Source: Macrostomum lignano
Lineage: Eukaryota
Reading direction: 5' to 3'
DNA: 64,000 bases
Assembly: GCA_002269645.1 (NCBI GenBank)
Contig: NIVC01001907.1
Location: 124,001-188,000, forward strand
Shown here: piece by piece, positions 24,985 to 35,950 of the stretch
Numbering within the stretch: the first letter of the stretch is position 1
Layout: every line of letters begins with the position of its first letter
Made by a program: the position numbers and the translations under genes
Notes under the pieces: generated by a model
The model's database searches: none
What the model was told of the DNA's origin: nothing
The model's input: only the letters and a program-made list of their open reading frames with translations

Positions 24985-27204
24985 GCCACCTATAGTTCAG
25001 CTTGTGTATTAGTGTATGGCTATGCCAGGTTTAATGCTGGAAAAAATGACAAGACCTCATTTGTATGTTGGGTTTGTGTACTAATATAAAAATTGTAATT
25101 TGACACAATGTATATAGGCCTACTATGCCATATATCTGGAATACAAAATCCCAAGGTAAATAAACAAATCAAATAATATTTTTTAGGTAGGCCCTAAACA
25201 AAAAGAATAATTATGGCTATATTATTATTTAGCTAAATGCTTTGCCATTTAATTAGTACTATTATATATATATATTCATAAATTATATATTCTTAATTTT
25301 GGGTTGGCATTTCTTTAATTTACCTTGGCCAAGCCTCTTACCACCTGGCTAAATTGTCCAGGCTGGCTAGGCTAGATGTTAGGTAGCCTATATATAAGCT
25401 CTGAGTTGGTAAGTCTTATATAATATTTATATATACTAACATAATAGTGCTTTTTATATTGTATACTACTAGTATCAACTTAGGAAAATCATATTTGATT
25501 ATGATAAGGCCTATAACCTAGGGAATGATAGCTTATAGAACCATAGCTTAAGATACTAATACTTGGATAAAAAGTGATTGAACCTTATTTTCCCAAGGCA
25601 CTTACTTGCTTTAGATAAAGAATTGTTTAAAGGTTTTGTTTTCAATTGCTTATATTGCTTATATTGTAATAGCAATGCAATTGCTATAACTTCAACCCAA
25701 GTTGAACCTTGGGTTATAGTCAAAAAGCAAAGTCCCATTGTTCTAATCCAAACTATGGCCAGAGTTTTGAAGGTAGAGACTACTTAAGTAATTCTACTAA
25801 TCAATTCTTAGTGCTCCATTTTTAAAGACTCTAAGGTTCCTAAAGCCCCTAAGCCTCCTAAAGCCTTACTACTCAATCTAAGCATGCTATGCTTGAAACT
25901 GCTCATGTATCCCTGCCTTTCTTTAAGAAGTTATATGTGTTATCCCATCCTAAATTCCTTTCTTCATTTATGAGTCACAATCCAACAACCCCTAAAACTC
26001 TTAACTCTTTAAATGCAAACTTCTCAGTCCTTAATCTTCTAATTCCTTTTTATCCCTCATTCCTTCTTTTTATTTATGAGCCACAAGGACCAATATTCAA
26101 ATATTGATTTGCTCCAAATCTTCACCCTACAATAAAGTAATTATTTAGTATTTAGATTGTCAGCTCTCTAATTTCAATTCAAACTGAATATTTGATCAAT
26201 TCAATTTGATGCTTATATTTTGGAATGTGTCTTATCTTTATTATAAATGTTATTACTTAGGAATGAATGATTTAATCATTGCAAAGTGGGATTAAGATCC
26301 CAAAGGGAAATCCTAGGATTTTCTAATCCTAGACCTAGACAATTGTGATCCTAGGATTTAGGCCTAATCAAGGATCTTGGCCTATTCAGGATCTTGGGAT
26401 CTCTAGATTGTATTCCCTTGTCCCAGGCTATAGGAAAAAAAGTTATAACAAGGGTTTCTATCTATTGTTTATTGTTAAAAGTAAAAATAAGTTCTACTTC
26501 TACCTATGTTACAAAGCTGAGTGATATAGATATAACAAAAGAGTTCCTTGCCTTTGCTTTTAAAGGTAATATTGCTCTACATGTAATAGAAGGTGTACAA
26601 TAATGAATTGCTATGATTTTACTATCACTATTTGATTTGGATGTAGACAATTGGACTACCAATCAATTTGAATACTAATAAAATGATAGACTGGGTTTTT
26701 TGCCAGACAGTATAAAATTGTACTTTGTATCTATTTAAAGGCATAATTTTAAGGCTTAAATTCTTTTACTTAAACCACTAGGAATATAGACACATTTAAA
26801 CATTTTCTTCTATCTAAAGTATGCCTTGACCTCTTGTCTCATTTTCTAGATGTTATTTTAAGGCAGTGCAAATGAAAGCAATTTTTATTTTAACCATCTT
26901 TTTATCAGTGTATTTTAATGGATGACTGCATTTTTAATTAGATGATTTTTAATCAATCAACCAATTTTTCAACCAAAATTTCAATCAACCATTGATAAGT
27001 TGTTAAAAATATAAACAAAATAATTAGTGGTAAGATGTATGGGAATTATTATTTTAGATATGCTTATATTTCTAATAATAGTTTTTAATTATCACTTATT
27101 AAAAAAATAAGTCTATTATCCTATTACTATCTTATTTTAATTCTATAGCACTGATATTATATTAAATATTTTGTAGTAGACAAAATAACTATATCATATT
27201 TTTG

Positions 27205-27515
27205 CAGCTAAATCACTATCAGATAAACTGACAGCAGATAAAATTCTGCCGACTCCCTTGAGCAGGCATACAAGCGCGCGGATATGTTACGCAAGCACAC
27301 ACTCACATAGGAGTGTACAGCGGCCCTAACTTTATCAATTGTTAGGCATGTACACTTCACTGCACCTTGGGGGGGTTGGCTCTCAAGGCCGTTAATTGCA
27401 CAATTGAGCCAAGCCAAGATTCCAATCCAGCCCCAAATTAATGTGGCTGCACTTGGAATCGAGCCTGGGTCGCGGCACACCAGAGCAGCTGCGCTACCGC
27501 TGGGCTATGGCCCAT
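27205..27515 (-). mobile_element. tRNA-derived SINE
   Basis: Minus-strand head GGGCCATAGCCCAGCGGTAG...CCCAGGCTCGATTCC (A and B boxes) without a proper cloverleaf, followed by a non-tRNA body. It is a CpG-containing island inside a CpG-free region. Confidence 0.6.
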
Positions 27516-29599
27516 TTCCCAAGTGCTTTTTAGTCTTCTAGTGATGCTTTGCTCTGGTCAGAGAAATGCTCTAGTTAACAAAGTAGTTGAAATGATAAAT
27601 GATATGGAAATAAAGCATAAGGTAATACTTGACTTTAATTATTTGACAAAAACTACTAATAACCTTGGAGAAAAAACACTTGAATATGCTATTAAAAAAG
27701 TTGTAGAATAGTTTAGAGGTTTTGTTTTTAAAAATAAGTGAAGATTGAATAAAAAAAGGATAGACATTTAAGAATGATTTACTAATATAAATATAATTAG
27801 TTATTGCAATGCTTCTATTTCAAAGCAGCCAAAGTTATTATAGTAGTTCTTTATTTAGTATATTTAGATTTGTCCTTTTAAAATTTTCTATTGTTGCTAC
27901 CAAAATTGTTATAGAGTTGACTTAATTTCAAATCTTGTCATTGCTAGTAAGTTATATCAAATGTTATGATTCTCTCTTAAGTTATTTTAATAAAGGTCAC
28001 TAATTTATAACAAGACTGTAATATATTTACTGGTTTTTAACCTAAGTTCTCAAGAGTAACTCTGAGCATAATTATTAGAATAAGTGTGAAAAAAGTTTAA
28101 CTATATGCCTAATATTTCTTACTTCATAGTCGCACCTATTGTTATGTTTGTAGCATTTTTATTATACCAATTGGTCTATTACTAGTGTGGAATTTCTTTT
28201 TTCCAAGAATAACTCTTTTTATAAATATCTTAGTAGCTCATAGTTATCTAGGTATTCAACTATCCAGTCCTTAGGCTTTACTAAGATTTGAAGGTCATAA
28301 CCTTATTATATATACAGTGTATATATTTTTAAGTTTTTCTTTATTTTACTTTGATCTCTTTAGTATTCTACTTATTAATAGTATATATAGTATGTTTTTC
28401 TTTAACTTCACTCAGAAAATTTTATTGTCATTAAACAATTCTCAATATTTATTTTTAACACACTTCACACTAGACCAGGCGGCAGGCCTTTCAATAAGCA
28501 ATTACAAAGTTAGTCACTAAGCTGTTAGTTGATACTGTATTGCTAAAAATTATATCTATTTTACTAAATCTGTGGTTCATTTAAATTAAAAAGCAAATGC
28601 AAGTAGTATGAAAATTATCTATATATTTGAACAAATTATTTCTTGTAGATTCTCAAGAAATTTATTTTGTACAAAGTTTTATTAAAAGCAAAAAATAATG
28701 AAGGCCTTCTACATTGATAAAAATCTATGGAAAGAACATTAAAATTTAAATAATGCTAAATTGAAAAAAATCTATCATGGTTAAAAACCCTATAAATTAT
28801 TTCACTTAACAACTACAAGTTTATATTAATTATAGCTATAAAATACCCAGATTTTTTTATAAGTGACACCTAAACCACTTTGTAAACCACTTGTGTTTGA
28901 ACTAATCTTTCAAAGAGCCATTGTGTAAGTTTAAAAATAAAATTTTCAATACTAGTCTGCTAGTAATTCTGTTAGAATTTCAAACTATAGACTACTATTA
29001 GTAGGCTGATAATTATGGAAAGCATTCCAAATTCAAAGTACAGAATGTTATTGATGCTGGCTTTGCCTTTTAAAGTGTCTATGCAGTCTAACTAGTGATG
29101 GGTGCAAAGATGTCACAGACCCATTCCAATCCCCTATTCAAGAAGTAATGCGGAGAAGTGTGTCGAACTTTAACGCCCAAGATCTTTAATAGAACTTATT
29201 TAACAAAATGAAAGTTCTTAACTACAAGTTTAAAAAGTGGGCATCAATCGAAAAAAACTCAGCTATTTCGGTGTGTTGTTGTATGTTTGTGGAGCAGTAA
29301 AAGTAAACAGCAATTCATATAGACGGAAACCATTTGTAGCAAATAGAGAGCTTACAGACTCATCATAAATCATATCTTAAGTAGAAGTAGAATCGCTAGG
29401 GAAAGAGTGGAACGGCTCGGAGCAGTGAGGATACAATCTTCTCAAGCCTGCTCACTGCCTAACTAAAAGGTGACTGAGGAGTGTAAGGACAGCATCTCTA
29501 AGGTTGGGCGCTCTGGTTTAGAATTGGAAATGCAAAGCATTCTCTGCGCGTCTCGTATTCCCTGCTGCGTGTTGCCTTTGCTCGCCTAGGCCCATATTT

Positions 29600-29801
29600 C
29601 TCTTTTTCACCACTTCAACCAGCCTTGCTCTCCGTCTTCTCTCCACTCCCCCATTCTCTTCCGTCCTGCCTCTCTTGTGTTGTGTGTGTTTTTTTCGTCT
29701 CGAGGCTCGCTAAATCGATTTTGGCTATCGCTTTCTCTTTATCTCCTTAAGCTCCGAGGGGTTTGCCCTTCATCACTATATTCTATATTATTATCACTAT
29801 A

Positions 29802-29836
<35 letters not shown>

Positions 29837-30930
29837 TTCCGTCTCTCATCCTCTCTCCCTCTATCCTCTCCTTCTCCCTATCTCGTCTCTGTAGTCTCTT
29901 ACGTACTTTCTTTTCCTTTTTTACTGGACGCGAATTTGTTTCTTTGCTTCTCCACCCCCCACCCCCCCCTGCCCGGTCTGGTTTTCCACCCTTTTCCATC
30001 TCTACAGTTTTTTCTCCTTTTTTCTCTTACTTGTTTTGTGCGCGCGCTCAGGCGCTCGACTTTACTTTTCCCTTCGGAGAGGGGGGGGTAGTCTTGCCTT
30101 TCTTCTTTTTGCTGACTTTCCTGTCTTGCCCAGCTCTTTCTGTCACTCTTTCTGTCTGTCTATCTCTCAGCGCATTCGTGTGAGTGTTGTGTGCTTCCTT
30201 TGCCTTTCTCTCTTTTTTATGCTTTCCTCGTACTTCTGTTCCAGCCCATCCCGCGCCGAACTGAGGGACGGAGTTGCCAGGCTATTGGGGAGAAAAAAAT
30301 AGAAAGCAGCTGAAAGAATCGCGAACGGAGACAGGCAGAGAAAATGAGATAGAATGACTGAATGTTGTTCAGAAGAGAAGGGCGTATTGCGGGGGACTTC
30401 GCTCCCCTCAGCCTCTCCTATTTCCATCATTCCGCAGTGTGTTAGGTCGCTCCCTTCTGTATCCTTTCAGTTCTCTTTCTTCTTTTTTCTACTCTGCCCA
30501 AACTGCGCCAGCCAGCTCCCCTTTTCCCCTCCTAAGTGTGTATAAAGGCCAGCAGACTCAGGGCGAAATGGGGGCGAGGCAAAAAAAGGAAGCAGCCGGG
30601 CGCCAACCTCATCCTAGATCCCCTCTCTCTTTTCTCTTTCTCTCTGTTCTGTCTGTCTTTCCCCCCTCACATACACACACAAATCCTTCAACTCTAGAAT
30701 GGGATCGGGGAATGGCTTGTGGGGGGGGAGAAGGGAAAAGGGACCCTTTTTCTCCCTTTGCTTCGTAGTCTCTTTCTCTTCTGTCTGTCTGTCTCTCCCT
30801 CCCTCTCTCACTGCCACTCTCCCTTGTATCCTCCACTCGCATTGCCAGACCCCCTCGCTAAGATGCTCTTCCCAAGAGAGAGAGAGAGAGAAAGGAAAGG
30901 ACCGCACACTCACACGCTCGCATAAATGTA
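29600..30930. repeat. CT/GA-rich low-complexity region upstream of the zinc-finger gene
   Basis: (CT)n tracts and polypyrimidine runs; ORFs here are compositional artefacts. Confidence 0.75.
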
Positions 30931-31106
30931 TATAAATATCTTCATCAAAATATTGAGTTCCGGACTCGCTTCTCGGTCTGACAATTTTTGCGCGTCTCTT
31001 AATAAATTGCTAATCGTCATTTTCTTAATCCAAATAGGATTATTAATTTATCGAGTTGATAAATTTCAGCTTGAGTGATCCCTGGCAGCAGCAAAAAATT
31101 ACAGCA

Positions 31107-31526
31107 ATGGCATCTGCCGCTGTCGAACCGCTGCTTCCGCAGCAGCAGCAGCAGCAACAACAACTACAGCTGGGCAACCTGGATAAGATGCTGGTGCACG
31201 TGTTGCGCTGTCCCCAGTGCACTTTTCTAACCCTGGCCCAGAAGCGGCTGCAGCAGCACATCGCCGAGGCGCATCCTGGCGAGCCAATATTCTACACCCT
31301 GCACACCTGCGCCGTTTGCAGCGCCGTCACCACGGAGAAGCACCTGATGGAGGAGCACAGGCTGCTTTATCACTGCGGCGAAACTGAAGACTCTCTTCTG
31401 CTCACCGCTCTGCCTGCGGTTGTAGACGGAACTGAAAATCACGCCAACGCTGCCGCCGTCTCCGCCGCCGTCTCCGCTGCCGTCTCGGCCGCTGCAACCT
31501 CCCTCGCTGGCTCCATCGAGTCCAAG
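31107..31526 (+). CDS. C2H2 zinc-finger protein, first coding exon
   Basis: Poly-Q, two C2H2-like fingers (CPQC...HIAEAH, CAVC...HRLLYH), donor AAG|GTAACC, phase 0. Confidence 0.8.
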
Positions 31527-31659
31527 GTAACCGGAGCACTGTAGCTTAACTAAGAATAAGCTAGATTGCGTAAGCATGCTTATGTGCCTACTTAATTAGT
31601 AGCATCGTTAGAACCTAGCGCTATGTTGTGTATTTAAATTCTCTATTTAGCTAATTTAG

Positions 31660-31937
31660 CCCGCTACCCCAATAAAGGGCCACCCACCACCCCAATATAG
31701 GGCTACCCGCCACCGTAATATAGAGTTACTCACCACCCCAACGCCACCCTAATATAGGGCTACCCAACAACCCAATATAGGGCTACCCAACAACCCAATA
31801 TAGGGCTTACCTCCACCCCAATATTGATTTACCCGCCACCCCAATATAGGGCCACCCGCCACCCCAATATAGGGCCACCCGCAACCCCAATATAGGGCTA
31901 TCCACCATCCCAATAAAGGGCTACCCACCACCCCAAT
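31660..31937. repeat. 22-nt minisatellite (CCACCCCAATATAGGGCTACCC), left part
   Basis: Direct; the same array resumes at 40538 after the transposon. Confidence 0.92.
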
Positions 31938-32221
31938 CCCGTGTGGCCATCCGATCAGGTTTTTCGCCCGGTAGGCGATCGGGATTTTTGCCCGGTTTGT
32001 AATACATTTTTTCCTATCTAAAAACCCGAAAATCCTCGGGAAAGTGGTCTCGAAAACGGACGAAGACGGCAGTTTCGTCTGGTTGTTCGTCAGGAATTTC
32101 GTAGAGGACATCAGGTATTTTCTCGGGTTTCTCTTCGGCTACTCAAACTGATGAGTACCCTGAATAAAACCCGACAAATGACCGGATGAAAGTGCAATAG
32201 CAGAACCCAGCAAATAACCGG

Positions 32222-32520
32222 GGCAAAATCAGACTAAAACCTAACGAAAGCGACACGACGACCCAACCGGACGAATATCCGGAGCAAAATCAGACTAAAA
32301 CCTAGCGAAAGCGGCACGACGACCCAACCGGACGAATACTCGGAGCAAAATCAGACTAAAACCTAGCGAAAGCGGCACGACGACCCAACCGGACGAATAT
32401 CCGGAGCAAAATCAGACTAAAACCTAACGAAAGCGACACGACGACCCAACCGGACGAATATCCGGAGCAAAATCAGACTAAAACCTAACGAAAGCGACAC
32501 GACGATCAAACCGGACGAAA
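32222..32520. repeat. 61-bp subterminal tandem repeat (about 5 copies) inside the transposon
   Basis: AAAATCAGACTAAAACC starts recur at 32225, 32286, 32347, 32408 and 32469. Confidence 0.92.
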
Positions 32521-32818
32521 AACCCTGCATCCCTATCGAATTGTGTCTACTCTCGGAAATATGTAGTGCCGACTTAGTAAAACATCTACAGTGCGCTTCT
32601 GTCAACGGATACCGTGAAGAGTAAAGAAGTAAGACAATTGACAGTTAGTGTTAATACAAAATATGTAACGTTCCATCTTGCAATTCATCAAACTGTTCCA
32701 AATCACCTATAAGATCAATATACTCCTCTGTTTTTTTTTATTCCAAAGATGTTGTAGAATACAGTCAGTAGGCGCATAGTCGCTAGTCATCTAGGCGCAT
32801 AAATGCGGGAATTTAAAA

Positions 32819-34710
32819 TCACTTCTGACTGGCCAAAAGTATGTTCAGAAAGTCGCCGCAGCTGACTGTGCCGTCCATGGCGCTCTGATCGTCGTCCCCC
32901 TCCAGATGCCGCATTTCGACCTCTCTGGCATTTCCGGCGTCATCGCCGTCATCGGCGTCATTGGCGTCAGATGCAGCTGTTGTATTCGAGAGGGTTGGCT
33001 GACAGACTTCGCGGCTCTGAGCAGAGTCAGCGGAGTCTATAATGACGACTGTTGTGGCCTTCGGCTTTGGCGGTTTCGGCTGCTTCCGCTGGGGGGTAGG
33101 GGCGGAGCGCGTTGGGAGTTCCAGTCTCTGCCGTGCAGTCGCAGTGCATTGCGTGAACGCCTGACTTAGACTGTCGGCAGTGCACTGCACCCCGGCGTTC
33201 GCGAGCCACACACGTACTGCAGCCAATTTTCCCGGGTTTGCGGGTGAAGATGTGGCCTGACCGGGCGCCTTGCGCCCGGACAGTGTGCAGCAGGCGAACT
33301 CCCTGTCCGTGAAGACGGCACGCAGGGCAGCTCGGAGAACGGCCAGCGTCACAGACTTTCGGAGTGCAGTAAGTTTTGCGTCCTCGCCATCCTGTTTGGC
33401 TGGCACTTTTTTGTAGGCTTCTAGCCGATCTTCCGCATCGTGCCGCTTATTCAAAGCTACCTTAACGAAGCTCTGCTGCTCAGAGAATGGCACAAGAGCT
33501 GAAGCAGCTGTTAGGTCAACGTTCGGCGTGGCGGCGTCGCAGGCATCTTTCAGAGCGCGCGTCTGCCCTGCGGACAAGCTCTGCGTTACAGTGAAGGACA
33601 TGGCGTCCTGCCTGGAATCGCTGGCGTCGCCGTCATCACCGCCATCGGCGTCATTGGTGTCAGATGCAGCTTTTGTACTCGAGCGGGCCGGCTGAGAGAC
33701 TTCGCGATCGCGGGCATTCTGGGAAAGCAGCTCTGACCCCTGAATAAGCAGCGAGTTGCACTGCTGCATGCTGCTGACCAGCAGCACGTTACGATGCTGC
33801 TCGTCCTCCAGTTGGCGTAAAAGCGTCCGCTCCATACGATTCGCGACACGAAGCTGCTCCGTTAATAGTCGGACGCTTTCTCGCTGATTCGTTTCTTCAA
33901 CTGTGCTGTGCTGTAACTGGCTCCCTAGAAAAGTATGCGGTGGTTCAAACAAAAAAGGCACTATACCCGACCTGAAAGTGCAGAAGTAACGACCAACAAT
34001 TGATGGCACTCACGCAGGGTGTCTATAAGCGACGACTGTCGCTCGTTCTCTATAGCAAACGTCCGGCAGGATGCACAGGCACGTGGAAGTTCCGATGGCT
34101 GAGCGTGTACGTTTCCTAGGACCGCTGTGCCGGTCGCGATGCTTCTGGAAGCGAACGGCCCACGTACTAGTGTCCCGAGCCATTTTTTCGCGGCCTTCCT
34201 GTTCGCCTTAGCGACGACAATTAAGACTTCGCTGCCGACATCGACGTTACTCGGGGACTCGCGTTTGCGTCCAACAATGTCATCGCGCGTGCTGACAACT
34301 TCTGTTTTTTCGAAATAGTTGGAGTACTTAAAAATAAAGAATCGCGGTACCGCTTCACGTTCGTAGGGCACCATGTCATGCTGTATGAAAACGTCATCCC
34401 GTTGGGTGCCCTCTGCGACAGCAGACGAAGAAGGGCCCGAAGTCTGTGCAGCAGACATGGTGTCAGTATCTTCGATGGCTGACAATAGCGGATCCTGCAG
34501 TCGACGTGATTTCTCGGCAGTACAACCGAGAAATTGACTCAATGACTCATCGTCATCAGTCACAGCTTTGCGCTTCTTTCCACCGGACTTACTCGACGGC
34601 GCCTTTGTTGGAGCTGATTTGGAGGTCGGCTTCGACTTCGACTTTGAAGTGGACGTGGAATTTGAATTCGACTTGCCGACTACGGCAGTAGTCTTCTTTC
34701 CTGTGCCCAT
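32819..34710 (-). CDS. Transposon accessory protein with coiled coil and BEN-like domain, about 600 aa, two exons
   Basis: Exons 34014-34710 and 32819-33924 join through a phase-1 GTGAGT...TTTTCTAG intron. BEN-like segment: LRAALRAVFTDREFACCTLSGRK...NPGKLAAVRVWL...TATARQR. Confidence 0.7.
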
Positions 34711-34946
34711 TAGGATTAGGGCAGCTGAAAAAGGTGAGTTTTTTGTGTCAATACTGTGTTCTGTGTTCACATGGGTGAAATGTAATCGTACTCGTACGTT
34801 ATACTTTAACTAGGCCTGGACTCAAGAGTAACAATTAAGGCTGTCGGTTTCCTCCTCAATCAAAAAGTCCGTACAAATTGTGCCGGCAACAAGGCCTTGT
34901 GTATTTATCAGCATATGCTGGTATACATACAAACGTGCATGTCTAA

Positions 34947-35125
34947 CGTCCATCATCTCAATGTCATCATCATCTCAATGTCGTCATCATCTCAATGTCA
35001 TCATCATCTCAATGTCGTCATCATCTCAATGTCATCATCATCTCAATGTCATCATCATCTCAATGTCATCATCATCTCAATGTCGTCATCATCTCAATGT
35101 CATCATCATCTCAATGTCATCAATC
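34947..35125. repeat. 17-nt minisatellite (CATCATCTCAATGTCAT) between the transposon accessory genes
   Basis: Direct. Confidence 0.9.
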
Positions 35126-35164
35126 CATCAATTGAGGCAGTCTCCAGTCCATCAATCGCAGTAG

Positions 35165-35950
35165 TCACTCGTATTCAGTGCGGGGTCTCGGTGACAGACC
35201 CCGAAGCGGCCTTCGACGCCGCTTTCTCACTTTCAATTGATCCAACGGTACGGGAGGTGGTGATGGCGGCATCTCAATCGCGAAGAAGTTTGGCGCTTGC
35301 ACGATCCGCCTGTGTCGGTGGCGGCCGTGCAGCGCTAAACGGCGTGCTCGGCTAGTCGGCGACAGCTCCGCGTACCATGAGGCGCAGTCCGGGCAAGTTT
35401 GCGCAGGTAGTAGGCGTCGCTCGTCCCAACGCCTCGACTCAAATGACGGTGGAGCAGCCGGTGGTAGCCGGTTGTAGTCCTCCCACGTATACTTGGACTC
35501 AGCAGTGGCTCGCGCGCGGGTCGACGTTGGTGGCGGGCCGGGAGAGTGACCACCGATTGTGGTGTCGCTGCCGTCATCGGAGTCGACGTTGGCCTTGGGA
35601 ACGTCATGCAGCGGCCAAGTAAAGGCTGTAGAAGCAGTAAGCAGAGACTGGGACGCAGCCTGAGTCGACGTTGGTGGCGGGCCGGGAGAGTGACCACCGA
35701 TTGTGGTGTCGCTGCCGTCATCGGAGTCGACGTTGGCCTTGGGAACGTCATGCAGCGGCCAAGTAAAGGCTGTAGAAGCAGTAAGCAGAGACTGGGACGC
35801 AGCCTGAGTCGACGTTGGTGGCGGGCCGGGAGAGTGACCACCGATTGTGGTGTCGCTGCCGTCATCGGAGTCGACGTTGGCACGGGCATCCCCGTCAGCG
35901 ATCATTCGGTCGAAAAGTTTTTGCCAGTCAATTATGGGGCGATCCGACAT
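35165..35950 (-). CDS. Transposon-borne 261-aa protein with CtIP/Sae2 C-terminal-like domain
   Basis: Intact ORF. RWDERRLLPAQTCPDCASWYAELSPTSRARRLALHGRHRHRRIVQAPNFFAIEMP aligns with the CtIP C-terminus (ERRKL.GHTC..C..YY...E.KL..CSRHR...TPENFW.V.FP; recalled). Internal 144-bp repeat in about 2.5 copies. Confidence 0.78.
   Translation of the reverse strand: MSDRPIIDWQKLFDRMIADGDARANVDSDDGSDTTIGGHSPGPPPTSTQAASQSLLTASTAFTWPLHDVPKANVDSDDGSDTTIGGHSPGPPPTSTQAASQSLLTASTAFTWPLHDVPKANVDSDDGSDTTIGGHSPGPPPTSTRARATAESKYTWEDYNRLPPAAPPSFESRRWDERRLLPAQTCPDCASWYAELSPTSRARRLALHGRHRHRRIVQAPNFFAIEMPPSPPPVPLDQLKVRKRRRRPLRGLSPRPRTEYE

Noticed and set aside
27440-27515. tRNA gene
   Set aside because: A and B boxes are present but the acceptor and anticodon stems do not pair, and it continues into a SINE-like body.
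29677-30935. Multiple hydrophobic or charged ORFs
   Set aside because: They arise from CT/GA low-complexity sequence.
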